A program made the position numbers and the translations under genes. Below, one piece after another: positions 18,392 through 27,899 of a stretch of 64,000 nt of DNA. Under the pieces are notes generated by a model. It was not told where the DNA came from. It saw only the letters and a program-made list of their open reading frames with translations, and made no database searches. The DNA comes from Candidatus Omnitrophota bacterium (GTDB taxonomy: Bacteria > Omnitrophota > Gorgyraeia > Gygaellales > Profunditerraquicolaceae): contig JAQTQG010000002.1 in assembly GCA_028712375.1 (NCBI GenBank), positions 8,032 through 72,031 on the forward strand, read 5' to 3'. The stretch's first letter is position 1. Each line of letters opens with the position of its first letter.

Positions 18392-20093
18392 TTAAGGTCA
18401 TTAATTTATTCACCAACTCTTCACCCCTGGCAGTACTTTCCCCTAAAAACTGAGCGATATTCTGTGCCATCTTAATTTGATGCTCCAGTAATTCCCTGGC
18501 CTGCCCAACGGTCTGGCTTTTTATCTTACGCAGCTTCTGCTCATTATCACGCAAATGCGACACATCCACAAAAATCCCGACATATTGTTTTTCCTGGCGT
18601 AACGCGTAAATCAGTTGATGGCAGGTTAAATTATACCCGCTAAACTCTACGGTTTCCGCTGAATACTCTTGGGCACCACAGGCAATCTTCTCAAAAACTG
18701 CAGGATCCAACACAAATGAAATATGCTTACCAACAGCTGTATCGGCACAAGCGAAAAATTTCTTAAACGCCTTATTCATGCTGATGATCTGTAAATCCTG
18801 GTTTAAAATCACAATCCCGTTGGGGCTAGTCTCGATTATCCGGTCAGTTTTACATTCGGCCAGCCGGCGCATATATGGAATACACATTTCCGGCTCCGCC
18901 AGCCCTTGAATAACCGCAATCGCTTTTTCCCGGCAGCTATTATAACCACAGGCCCCGCAATTAAGCTGATGATCAGGATCAGCTTTGCCGGTTTGCTCAA
19001 ACACCGCCAAAATATCCTCCTGGCTTACCGGCGCACAAAAATCACCGACCTGATGAAAACTGGAACAAAATAAATCCGGGTTTTCAATCAATGGAATGCT
19101 TTTTTGGGCATTTTTCTGACAATACTCCAATAGCTCCTGGCGCCGCTGAAAAACATTAGATTCAACACTCATCACCGGGCTATTAATACAACCTTGGCTG
19201 CAAAAAAGCGGCTCAAGCAGCAAATAATTTTTGCTTTCAGGAACTGCCTCCAGTAATTCTTTGACCTGGCCAAAACCGCTTGCCTGAACTACCTCCATCT
19301 GTAAGCCATCATCTTTAATTCCGGCGGTTTTAAGTAAACCTCCGGGTAAAGGAAAAAAACTTGCCGCTTCCACCGGCTCCTCGTCAAAAGAACTTTCTTC
19401 GCAAGCAGCCAGATCAATACCTGCAACTTGAAACCAATTTTTAAGTTCCGTAAATGTCAATACAGCATCTACCGCCTGCTGTACTTGAGGCCATTGCGCT
19501 TCCGATTTTTTTGCAACACAAGGGCCGATGAATACTGTTTTAGTATCTTTGCCGAGTTTTTCCTTAAGCATACGGCAATGTACCACCATTGGAGAAGCCA
19601 CGGGAATAAGATAATCGATCAGTTGCGGCTGATAACGTTGGACATAATTAACCAGGGCCGGGCAAGCAGTAGCCACGCAGGGGCCTTGTTTTTTCTGCCG
19701 CACAAACCTATACGTAGCATGGGCAACCTGATAAGCGCCTTGCGCTGTTTGTCCGATATAGTTAAAACCTAACCGGCGCAAAGCCGAAGCCAACCGCTGC
19801 CTCTGCCACTGATTAAACACCGCGGCAAATGACGGGGCTATGCTTACCGCTACTTTTTTCCCGGAAGCCAGCATTTCTTGGACTATTTCAATATCGCAAC
19901 GATAAGTTTTAGCCTGCTGCGGGCACTCGCGGATACAAGTTCCGCAGGCAATACAACGATCCTGATCTACATAAGCCTGCCCATGGCGCATCCGGATAGC
20001 TTTTACCGGACAAGCCCGCACGCAGCGATAGCAATCGCGGCAACGCGCTGTTAAGGTAAAAACAGCCTGATTTAGCCCGGCATTATTATTCAT
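18357..20093 (-). CDS. hydS: Sensory [FeFe]-hydrogenase-like protein (HydS type): N-terminal 4Fe-4S ferredoxin domains, degenerate H-cluster domain, C-terminal PAS domain
   Basis: 2x CxxCxxCxxxCP ferredoxin motifs. H-cluster-like motifs diverge from the catalytic consensus (ACPALV for TSCCPAW, GPCVAKKSE for MPCxxKxxE, EPLFCSQGCINSP for ExMACxGGCxxG). A PAS-like segment lies at the C-terminus. Confidence 0.7.
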   Translation of the reverse strand: MNNNAGLNQAVFTLTARCRDCYRCVRACPVKAIRMRHGQAYVDQDRCIACGTCIRECPQQAKTYRCDIEIVQEMLASGKKVAVSIAPSFAAVFNQWQRQRLASALRRLGFNYIGQTAQGAYQVAHATYRFVRQKKQGPCVATACPALVNYVQRYQPQLIDYLIPVASPMVVHCRMLKEKLGKDTKTVFIGPCVAKKSEAQWPQVQQAVDAVLTFTELKNWFQVAGIDLAACEESSFDEEPVEAASFFPLPGGLLKTAGIKDDGLQMEVVQASGFGQVKELLEAVPESKNYLLLEPLFCSQGCINSPVMSVESNVFQRRQELLEYCQKNAQKSIPLIENPDLFCSSFHQVGDFCAPVSQEDILAVFEQTGKADPDHQLNCGACGYNSCREKAIAVIQGLAEPEMCIPYMRRLAECKTDRIIETSPNGIVILNQDLQIISMNKAFKKFFACADTAVGKHISFVLDPAVFEKIACGAQEYSAETVEFSGYNLTCHQLIYALRQEKQYVGIFVDVSHLRDNEQKLRKIKSQTVGQARELLEHQIKMAQNIAQFLGESTARGEELVNKLMTLNEDGEDKAAEL

Positions 20094-22093
20094 AGCGTTT
20101 TCTCAATTCTTTCTTTTATTCTTTCAAAATTGCAATTTTCAAAAATCTCATCGCCGACCCTGACCACCGGACCCCGGTCACATTTCTCAAAACAAAACGA
20201 AGCCTTAACTTCAACCTTATCGCTCAAGTTATTTTCCCGGATATATTCCAACAACTGCCGCAGCAATGCCTGAGCGCCTTTAAGAAAGCATCCTGTGCCA
20301 AAACAAACTACTAGTTCTATTTTCTTATCCGATTCCGATATTGAAGCATTAATCGTTACCCCTTCATCAAAAATACGCTTACGCGTCTTATAATGAGTAT
20401 GCAGCAGGTTATGCGCTTTGTGCCCGCCTACACTCCCCAGAAGATTTTTGTAAAGCTCATTTAAATATGGATTATCCTGGGATTTATGCAATTGCAGCAT
20501 TTTGTCATTTTCATAAATACCTTTGGTGCGTTTTTTCCTTACCGAAGGATCACGGTAAACCGGCTGCCCTGCTCCGCCCACACAGCCCCCCGGGCAGGCC
20601 ATTACCTCCACGAAATCATACTTCAGATTACCCGTTTTCATTTTCTCAATCAGATTCCGCGCATTCTTAAGCCCGCTTACTACCGCTAATTTAAATTCCC
20701 GTCCGCCAAGTGCCACGGATATTTCGCGTATCCCGCTATCTCCGCGCGCCGCCTGAAATTCATAATTATCGCTTTTTTCCCCCGTTATTTTTTCCGTAAC
20801 AAAACGTAATACCGCCTCGCTGACGCCTCCAGAAGCTCCAAAAATAACCCCGGCACCGGTCTTAAAACCAAACGGTAAATCAAAAGATTCCGGCTCCAGG
20901 GATTCAAAATGTAAACCCGCCTCCTCAATCATCCGGCATAATTCCTGAGTCGTAAGCACATAATCCACATCCGCAACTTCTCCGTGCTTAAACTCCGGGC
21001 GCTTAGCTTCAAACTTTTTAGCCGTACAAGGCATAATCGAAACAACAACAATATCTTTCCGGTCAATTCCTAATTGCGCGCTTAACATTTCTTTGCTCAA
21101 AACCCCAAACATCTGCTGCGGAGAACGGCAGCTGGAAATATTTTTAAGCAACTCCGGGTAATATTGCTCCGCAAATTTTACCCAGGCAGGACAACAAGAA
21201 GTAAATTGCGGGATAAGTTCATTTTTCTTAATCCGCTCAATAAATTCATGGCCTTCCTCAATTACCGTAAGATCGGCAGTAAAAGAAGTATCAAAAACCT
21301 TATCAAAACCCATCGCACGCAAAGCTGAAACAATTTGCCCGGTAGAAGTAGCTCCCGGTTCCAAACCAAACATCTCTCCTACAGCCACGCGTACCGCCGG
21401 AGCAATCTGCGCAATCACCACGCGCTTAGGATTATCCAAAGCTTTCCACACTTCTTCTACTTCGGATTTAGGAGTCAACGCACCGGTAGGGCATACCCGG
21501 CTGCATTGCCCGCAATATACGCACTCCACGCTATCTAAATTTTTACCAAAACAAGGCATCACCGCTGATTTAGATCCACGATGAGCAAAATCAATCGCCC
21601 CTACCGACTGTATTTCAGAACACACCCGCACACAATCTCCGCACAATACGCATTTATTGGGATCGCGCACCAATGAATAAGAAGAATCATCCAGCGCTTC
21701 CTGACGCAGAGTATTTTTAAATCTTACTTTTTTAATCCCCAGCTTACTGGCTAAAGATTGTAACTGGCAATGATTGTTCTTCGGGCATGTCGGGCACCCC
21801 TGATCATGATTGGCTAAAAGTAACTCTACAATAATCTTGCGCATTGAACGGATCTGTTCAGTATTGGTACGCACAGACATTTTGTTCTCCGGGGGAGTCG
21901 AGCAGGCAGGCTGCAGTCCGCGCCCCTGAACCTCCACCATACATAACCGGCAAGCCCCATATACGCTTAATTCGGAATGATAACAAAAGGTCGGTAAATC
22001 AATCTTGGCTTTTCGCACTAACTCCAGCAGGTTACGCTCACCTTCCATCTTAACCTGCTTATTATCAATTAAAACATATGCCGCCTCTTTCAT
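20090..22093 (-). CDS. hydA: [FeFe]-hydrogenase catalytic subunit HydA (bifurcating trimeric type) with N-terminal 2Fe-2S/4Fe-4S domains and a C-terminal thioredoxin-like 2Fe-2S domain
   Basis: H-cluster motifs FTSCCPAWV (L1), IMPCTAKKFEA (L2) and EVMACPGGCVGGAGQP (L3), plus the N-terminal CYHSELSVYGACRLC. Confidence 0.92.
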   Translation of the reverse strand: MKEAAYVLIDNKQVKMEGERNLLELVRKAKIDLPTFCYHSELSVYGACRLCMVEVQGRGLQPACSTPPENKMSVRTNTEQIRSMRKIIVELLLANHDQGCPTCPKNNHCQLQSLASKLGIKKVRFKNTLRQEALDDSSYSLVRDPNKCVLCGDCVRVCSEIQSVGAIDFAHRGSKSAVMPCFGKNLDSVECVYCGQCSRVCPTGALTPKSEVEEVWKALDNPKRVVIAQIAPAVRVAVGEMFGLEPGATSTGQIVSALRAMGFDKVFDTSFTADLTVIEEGHEFIERIKKNELIPQFTSCCPAWVKFAEQYYPELLKNISSCRSPQQMFGVLSKEMLSAQLGIDRKDIVVVSIMPCTAKKFEAKRPEFKHGEVADVDYVLTTQELCRMIEEAGLHFESLEPESFDLPFGFKTGAGVIFGASGGVSEAVLRFVTEKITGEKSDNYEFQAARGDSGIREISVALGGREFKLAVVSGLKNARNLIEKMKTGNLKYDFVEVMACPGGCVGGAGQPVYRDPSVRKKRTKGIYENDKMLQLHKSQDNPYLNELYKNLLGSVGGHKAHNLLHTHYKTRKRIFDEGVTINASISESDKKIELVVCFGTGCFLKGAQALLRQLLEYIRENNLSDKVEVKASFCFEKCDRGPVVRVGDEIFENCNFERIKERIEKTL

Positions 22094-23997
22094 TGCCCAC
22101 CCCCGATAATTGCTTTAAACTTACAGGTTGCCACGCAAGCGCCGCATTTAATGCATATTTTTTGATCAATTACATAAGGTTTACCGGGTTGACCGCTGAT
22201 TGCGTTCACCGGGCATTTTTTACCGCACAAAGAACAACCTTTGCATAAATCCGGATTTATTTTATATTTAGTCAAAGCTTTACAGCGCCCTGCCGGACAA
22301 TATTTGTATTTCACATGCGCCTGGTACTCATCGTGAAAATAACGTAAAGTCGATAATACAGGATTCGGTGCGGTCTTGCCTAACCCGCATAACGACCCGA
22401 CCTGCACCGCTTTAGCCAGGTCTTCCAGAATTACCAAAGTTTCATCCGTTGCCCTGCCTTCAATAATATCATCCAATAAAGCCAACATCTGCTTGGTCCC
22501 TTCACGGCAAAGCACACATTTACCACAAGATTCATTTTGGGTAAACTGCATAAAGAAACGCGCGATACTCACCATGCAGGTCTGGCTATTCATGACAACC
22601 AGGCCGCCGGAACCGATCATCGCGCCTACTTTACGCAACGAATCAAAATCCATCGGGATATCCAGGTGTTCCCGAGTCAGGCATCCTCCGGAAGGCCCTC
22701 CGATTTGTACTGCTTTGAATAATTCAGAGCAAACTGTCCCGTCTTCAGCAGTTACTCCGCCGGCAATTTCATAAACAATCTGGCGTAAGGTCGAACCAAA
22801 GGGAACTTCAATCAAACCTGTATTCACCACATGCCCGGTTAACGCAAAAGTCTTAGTACCGCAAGAACCGGAAGTACCCATCTTTGTATAATCTGCTGCG
22901 CCCATTAACACGATCAACGGAACAGTGGCCAAAGTTTCCACGTTATTAATTACCGTCGGTTTACCCCAAAGCCCGCTTTGCGCCGGGAATGGCGGCTTAG
23001 GGGAAGGCATACCGCGTTTACCTTCGATTGATGCCATCAAAGCCGTCTCTTCACCGCAGACAAAAGCACCGGCACCTTCCATTACCTGCAGGTCAAAATT
23101 AAATCCTGAAGCAAAAATATTTTTACCCAGCACCCCTAATTTACGGGCATCTTCAGCGGCTTTACGCATACGGCGTACAGCCAGCGGATATTCAGCGCGC
23201 ACATATACATATCCTTCATCCGCGCCAATCGCTTTAGCCGCGATCATCATTCCTTCAATAACGCTATGTGGATTGCCTTCCATAACGCTCCGGTCCATAA
23301 ACGCCCCCGGGTCACCTTCATCTCCGTTACAAATCACATACTTCTTGTCGCCTTTCTGGCGTAAGGTAATATCCCATTTCTTTCCGGTAGGAAAACCTCC
23401 GCCGCCGCGCCCGCGCAGCCCTGCGGCGATCATTAAATCGCAAACTTCTTGTGGCCGCATAGAACAAACTACCCTGCCTGCGGCCTCATAACCTCCCCGG
23501 TAAATGTATTCACGAATATCTTCCGGATCAATCTGGCCGCACTCTTTAAGGACAAATCGATGTTGTTTTTGATAAAAAGGGATCTCCTTCGGTGTAGTGC
23601 AGGATTTACCGCTGGAAGGCTCAACATATAAAAGACGCTGAATCACTTCACCTTTCATTAAAGTTTTATTTACAATCTCTTCAGCATCCGCAGGCTTAAC
23701 CCGGGTGTAAAAAATATTTTCCGGCAATATCGTTACTAAAGGGCCCATCTGGCAAAACCCCTGGCATCCGCTCTTAGAAACAAAAACAGAACTATCGGCA
23801 ACTTTATCTTCCCGGCGTAGTTCTAAAACCACCGGCAGTCCGCTTTTATGCAGCTGTGCTTCCAGCTGCGCATATACTTTCAATGACCCGTTAGCCACAC
23901 AACCGGTCCCCGCGCAAACAATAACCCTGCGCACCTGCTTTAAACTTTCGGAAAATTCTTCCCGAATAACCTTAAGATCTGGTAACTGCACCGCCAT
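22090..23997 (-). CDS. hydB: NADH-binding flavoprotein subunit HydB (NuoF-like; FMN, NADH and Fe-S binding)
   Basis: GRGGGGFPTGKKW NuoF motif, an N-terminal thioredoxin-like 2Fe-2S region, and C-terminal 2x4Fe-4S ferredoxin motifs. Confidence 0.9.
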   Translation of the reverse strand: MAVQLPDLKVIREEFSESLKQVRRVIVCAGTGCVANGSLKVYAQLEAQLHKSGLPVVLELRREDKVADSSVFVSKSGCQGFCQMGPLVTILPENIFYTRVKPADAEEIVNKTLMKGEVIQRLLYVEPSSGKSCTTPKEIPFYQKQHRFVLKECGQIDPEDIREYIYRGGYEAAGRVVCSMRPQEVCDLMIAAGLRGRGGGGFPTGKKWDITLRQKGDKKYVICNGDEGDPGAFMDRSVMEGNPHSVIEGMMIAAKAIGADEGYVYVRAEYPLAVRRMRKAAEDARKLGVLGKNIFASGFNFDLQVMEGAGAFVCGEETALMASIEGKRGMPSPKPPFPAQSGLWGKPTVINNVETLATVPLIVLMGAADYTKMGTSGSCGTKTFALTGHVVNTGLIEVPFGSTLRQIVYEIAGGVTAEDGTVCSELFKAVQIGGPSGGCLTREHLDIPMDFDSLRKVGAMIGSGGLVVMNSQTCMVSIARFFMQFTQNESCGKCVLCREGTKQMLALLDDIIEGRATDETLVILEDLAKAVQVGSLCGLGKTAPNPVLSTLRYFHDEYQAHVKYKYCPAGRCKALTKYKINPDLCKGCSLCGKKCPVNAISGQPGKPYVIDQKICIKCGACVATCKFKAIIGGGQ

Positions 23998-24481
23998 TTA
24001 AACGCTCCTCTTTCTTTAAAATTTCATCAATAAGTGCTACTGCTTTTCCCGGAGTCATCTGCCCATGCACCTCATCATCCACAACAATAACCGGTGCCAG
24101 TCCGCAAGCACCCAGGCAAGAAACAGTCTCAATTGTAAATAACATATCCGGGGTAGTCATAACATTATCTTTAAGCCCGAGTTTCTGACGCATCGCCTCT
24201 AATAGCCCGGTAGATTTTTTAACATGGCAGGCTGTACCGTCACAGATACGAATAATATATTTGCCTTTAGGTATCAGGGTAAAATGCGAATAAAAAGTAG
24301 CCACCCCATATACTCTGGCCGGGGTTAAATTCAAAGATACCGCAACAAAAGTAAGGATCTCCTCCGGCAGGTAACGGTACTCTTCCTGCACTGCCTGCAG
24401 AATAGGAATCAACCGGCTGGGATCCCGGTTATTCTGCTGAAGTATTTGACAAACTTTTTCTAATTTACGCAATCCTTCCAT
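23972..24481 (-). CDS. hydC: NuoE-like 2Fe-2S subunit HydC
   Basis: Thioredoxin-like [2Fe-2S] ferredoxin motifs ICDGTACHVK and CLGACGLAPV. Confidence 0.9.
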   Translation of the reverse strand: MEGLRKLEKVCQILQQNNRDPSRLIPILQAVQEEYRYLPEEILTFVAVSLNLTPARVYGVATFYSHFTLIPKGKYIIRICDGTACHVKKSTGLLEAMRQKLGLKDNVMTTPDMLFTIETVSCLGACGLAPVIVVDDEVHGQMTPGKAVALIDEILKKEERLNGGAVTRS

Positions 24482-24497
24482 TTCTCTATTTTTCTCC

Positions 24498-25163
24498 TTA
24501 TCTTTCCGCTAATAATAATGCCAGCCGTTTGGATAATACGGCAAGTGAAGACGCTAAGTTTTCATGTTGAACAATAATGCCTTCAGGGACACTTATCTTG
24601 ACCGGAGCAAAGTTCCAAATCGCTTTAATCCCGGCTTCTACCATCATATTAGCAAGTTCCTGAGCAGGCGCAGCAGGCGCAGCCAGGATACCTATTTTAA
24701 TCCCCATGCGCTTGATCATTTCCGGAAGCTTCTTTACCGATAAAACTTTCTTACCCCTGATCTCTTTGCCAATTTTTTCAGGCGAACTATCAAAAGCAGC
24801 GACAATATTTAACCCGTAATCCTTAAACCCCTGGTAACCCAAAAGTGCCGAACCCAGGTTCCCGGTTCCCACCAGATAAGCTTCCGTAGTATTATTCCAA
24901 CCCAAAAAATTCTCAATCGCCTTAATTACCTCTGCTACTTTATAACCGACCTTCGGCCTGCCTTCTGCTCCGGTAATCTCCAAATCTTTACGCACCTGAA
25001 TCGCCAGCGTATTCAAATCCTCGGAAATCCGGGTGCAAGATATGTATTCAACAGGACGATCTTGGACAATCTTTTTTAAATACTGATAATAAACCGGCAA
25101 CCTGCGCAACACCGGCTCAGGAATAACTTTTACCACTAGTTCTGCGGGCCTGGGGTTAACCAT
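24498..25163 (-). CDS. rex: Redox-sensing transcriptional repressor Rex
   Basis: N-terminal winged helix (PEPVLRRLPVYYQYL) and a Rossmann NADH-binding domain (LVGTGNLGSAL). Confidence 0.9.
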   Translation of the reverse strand: MVNPRPAELVVKVIPEPVLRRLPVYYQYLKKIVQDRPVEYISCTRISEDLNTLAIQVRKDLEITGAEGRPKVGYKVAEVIKAIENFLGWNNTTEAYLVGTGNLGSALLGYQGFKDYGLNIVAAFDSSPEKIGKEIRGKKVLSVKKLPEMIKRMGIKIGILAAPAAPAQELANMMVEAGIKAIWNFAPVKISVPEGIIVQHENLASSLAVLSKRLALLLAER

Positions 25164-25185
25164 AATCCTACCTCCGGGTTAAATA

Positions 25186-25234
25186 GATAAATATTTATCA
25201 ATAAAAGTATATCTATAAAAATTTATCTTGTCAA
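25186..25234 (-). promoter_or_regulatory. Promoter of the rex-hydCBA operon (TTGACA-17-TATACT on the minus strand) with a 14-bp palindrome GATAAATATTTATC at the +1 region (candidate Rex operator)
   Basis: -35 is the reverse complement of 25229-25234 and -10 the reverse complement of 25206-25211. The palindrome at 25186-25199 resembles the Rex box TTGTGAAATATTTCACAA (TTGATAAATATTTATCTA on the minus strand). Confidence 0.5.
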
Positions 25235-25348
25235 GAGAATATTTTTACACCCAATAAATTGAATAATGGATTTACTAAGCTACAATTATATTACGTTAAT
25301 ATTGCTGGGGAATTCTTGGCAGGTTACTTGTATATCTTAAGCGGGAAA

Positions 25349-26422
25349 CTACTGCCTTTTGCCACTCTCCCACTCAAAGAAACACTTTCGATAAGCTTTA
25401 AAAGAAGGCTTAACAGAATAATCCCAACGCACTAAACCAAAATAATCAACACCATTGTCCCAATGTTCCCTGGTATCGCGGAAAAAAGCCCAGAAAATCT
25501 TTTCAACATGCTGGTCCTTTAATAATCCGCCATAAACCTCTTTTACCCATTCAGCTTGCTGGCGTTCGTTAGAATTCTGGCCCATCCACCAATTATTTGT
25601 CTTTAATGACGATTTTACTCCCGGGCAGCCGGTCTCGGTTATCCAAATTTTCTTCCCGGCATCACCATTACGCGCCATTATTTTATAGGCAAGCTTAGGA
25701 TAATTAATCACCGCTTTTAAACCATTTTTGCCGTGTAGTGGGCTTTCAAAAAAATGCAGGTTTAATATATCAAAATAATCTTTGGCGCCATTATCATATA
25801 AATGATTAATGCTAGCCAACCCGTTAGCGATACCGCCATTTAAAATCCTGCAATCCTGGTCTATTTTTTTGGCTGCCAGATAAACCTCTTTTAATAAAAC
25901 ACAGTAGGACTTAAGGCTATCCTGTTGCTTCCAGTAAATGACAGAATCCGGCTCGTTCCAAACCTCCCAATGTTTAACCTGGCCCCTATAACGCTGTATA
26001 ACCTTGCCGGCATAATTTACGAATTTTTGATTGTCTCGAGGAGGGCAATTCCATTCTCCGCAGGAGGAAGCCCAGTTTGTGCTATAATGTAATATACCTA
26101 AAATATGAATACCTTTGGCCTTAAGCAATTTAACGAGATTATCATATTTAATAAAATCAAAGCTTCCTTCCTGCGCTTCAATATCTGACCATAAAAAATC
26201 CAGTCTTACCCAGCCGACCCCGGCCTTCTGCATTAAAGAAATAGTTTTCTCCAAGCCGCGCCCGCCGGGATATTTATAATTATTCCAGGAATGGTTCCAG
26301 TGTAAAAATTCCAAGACCCCAAAAGGATTCTCTAAATTTTCCTTCTCCGGCTTTACCATATCGCTCCTTATCTCTTCCTGCCCTGAAATCTCCCCGGCTA
26401 GCAAACTATGAGAAATGAACAA
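25349..26422 (-). CDS. Glycoside hydrolase, clan GH-A (GH5/GH39-like) with an N-terminal signal-like region
   Basis: A WNEPD motif (acid/base Glu in NEP) and an ITETG motif (nucleophile Glu), with TIM-barrel-like spacing. Confidence 0.6.
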   Translation of the reverse strand: MFISHSLLAGEISGQEEIRSDMVKPEKENLENPFGVLEFLHWNHSWNNYKYPGGRGLEKTISLMQKAGVGWVRLDFLWSDIEAQEGSFDFIKYDNLVKLLKAKGIHILGILHYSTNWASSCGEWNCPPRDNQKFVNYAGKVIQRYRGQVKHWEVWNEPDSVIYWKQQDSLKSYCVLLKEVYLAAKKIDQDCRILNGGIANGLASINHLYDNGAKDYFDILNLHFFESPLHGKNGLKAVINYPKLAYKIMARNGDAGKKIWITETGCPGVKSSLKTNNWWMGQNSNERQQAEWVKEVYGGLLKDQHVEKIFWAFFRDTREHWDNGVDYFGLVRWDYSVKPSFKAYRKCFFEWESGKRQ

Positions 26423-26508
26423 AAGTCCGCCGAAAAACCGATTACTTTATTCACCCGGCCATAACAAAATACCAAAGGTAAACAGCGGTTGCCTTGGACG
26501 ACCTGTTC

Positions 26509-27882
26509 CTAACGAGGCTCATGGGGTTTTTGCTCAATATTGATATAGTCCCCAAAATCTATCTTTTCGCCGAGCTCTTGTTTCACAACCCTGATCCGGT
26601 CAGGGACATAAGGGTGAGTCTTATAATATGAGCGCTCCCTAAGCGGCATCCTGCGGTTTATATCCTGAAGCTTAATTAAAAAAGTCACCATGCCATGCGG
26701 ATCGTAACCGGCTAACTTAGCATAACGGGCACCCAGCTGATCCGCCAATAACTCATCTTCACGCCCATAACCCAGTAAAAACTCAGTAAAAGCGGCATCC
26801 GCGGCATTACCCACATCCGAAGCACCGGGAGCTACCGCTACCAAAACCCTTAAAATAGAATAGCTCTGCATCGCCTGAAGCTTCTTAATGCTATGCCGGG
26901 CAACAATGTGCCCTACCTCATGCGCTAAAATACAGGCCAACTCATCATCATTAGCCACTTTATCCAACAGGCCGCTGTTCACATAAACATACCCTCCGGG
27001 CAAAGACACGGCGTTTACCTCATCATCCTCTAAAACCCGGAAATGATAATCGATTTCTTTTCTATCGCTGACGGCAGATATCTTTTTTCCGATATCTTCC
27101 ACGCGTTTCTGCTGCAGCGGATCGGCAGAAAGTTTTAATTCTTTCTCTACTCTTAAGTTAATGGACCGGCCCATCTGCACTTCCTTATCCGTACTGTAAT
27201 AATATTTTTCTTCCTGCTTAGTAGCAAGATTATATTCCGTAGAACATCCGGGCAAAACCAGTGCGGCCATCAAACAATAAGTAAGCGTTAAAAAGAATGA
27301 AAATAACTTTATATCAAATTTCTTAAGCATCAAATACAACTTTCTCAAAGGCAGGCCGACTACATTATAGAAACAACCATCTATGCTCTTAATAAAAAAT
27401 GCCCCTTTTCCCTGAATATCAAAACTCCCCGCTTTATCCAAAGGAGAAACTTGTTTAAAATAATTATCAATCTGCGCCTGGCTTAATTTATCCATACAGA
27501 CTCTTGTTTTTTCATAATCCAATATTAAACTCTGCTTAGTTTTATTTTTTTTGATCACTGCCAGGCCGGTGTAAAGCCATTGCGGACGGCGGGATAACTG
27601 TTTAAGCATCCGGCGGGCATCCGGTATATTTTTGGGCTTGCCGAATATTTTGCCATTTTGCACACAAACAGTATCGGCGGCGATGATTACTCCTTCTGCC
27701 ACCCTGGAAGCCACCTCTTCTGCTTTTTCCCGGGCATTCTTCTGCACGAGCTGAGAGTATGACAATTTACCGCGTTTAGCTTGTTCCTTGATTTTAGAAG
27801 GCAGGACTTTAAAACGCAGGCCAAATTTCTCTAATAATTTCTTTCTGGCTTTAGAATTGGAGGCTAAATATATTTTCACCAT
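26509..27882 (-). CDS. Maf-like nucleotide pyrophosphatase fused in frame to a lipoprotein-type M48 (BepA/LoiP-like) zinc metalloprotease
   Basis: N-terminal Maf (MVKIYLASNSKARKKLL ... NVVGLPL). An in-frame internal signal peptide with lipobox (MLKKFDIKLFSFFLTLTYCLMAALVLPGCS) follows. Then an M48 domain (ILAHEVGHIVARHS, THPYVPDRI). The start is set at MVKIY because the upstream ORF extension overlaps a structured noncoding element. Confidence 0.6.
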   Translation of the reverse strand: MVKIYLASNSKARKKLLEKFGLRFKVLPSKIKEQAKRGKLSYSQLVQKNAREKAEEVASRVAEGVIIAADTVCVQNGKIFGKPKNIPDARRMLKQLSRRPQWLYTGLAVIKKNKTKQSLILDYEKTRVCMDKLSQAQIDNYFKQVSPLDKAGSFDIQGKGAFFIKSIDGCFYNVVGLPLRKLYLMLKKFDIKLFSFFLTLTYCLMAALVLPGCSTEYNLATKQEEKYYYSTDKEVQMGRSINLRVEKELKLSADPLQQKRVEDIGKKISAVSDRKEIDYHFRVLEDDEVNAVSLPGGYVYVNSGLLDKVANDDELACILAHEVGHIVARHSIKKLQAMQSYSILRVLVAVAPGASDVGNAADAAFTEFLLGYGREDELLADQLGARYAKLAGYDPHGMVTFLIKLQDINRRMPLRERSYYKTHPYVPDRIRVVKQELGEKIDFGDYINIEQKPHEPR

Positions 27883-27899
27883 ATCTTTACCCATAGATA

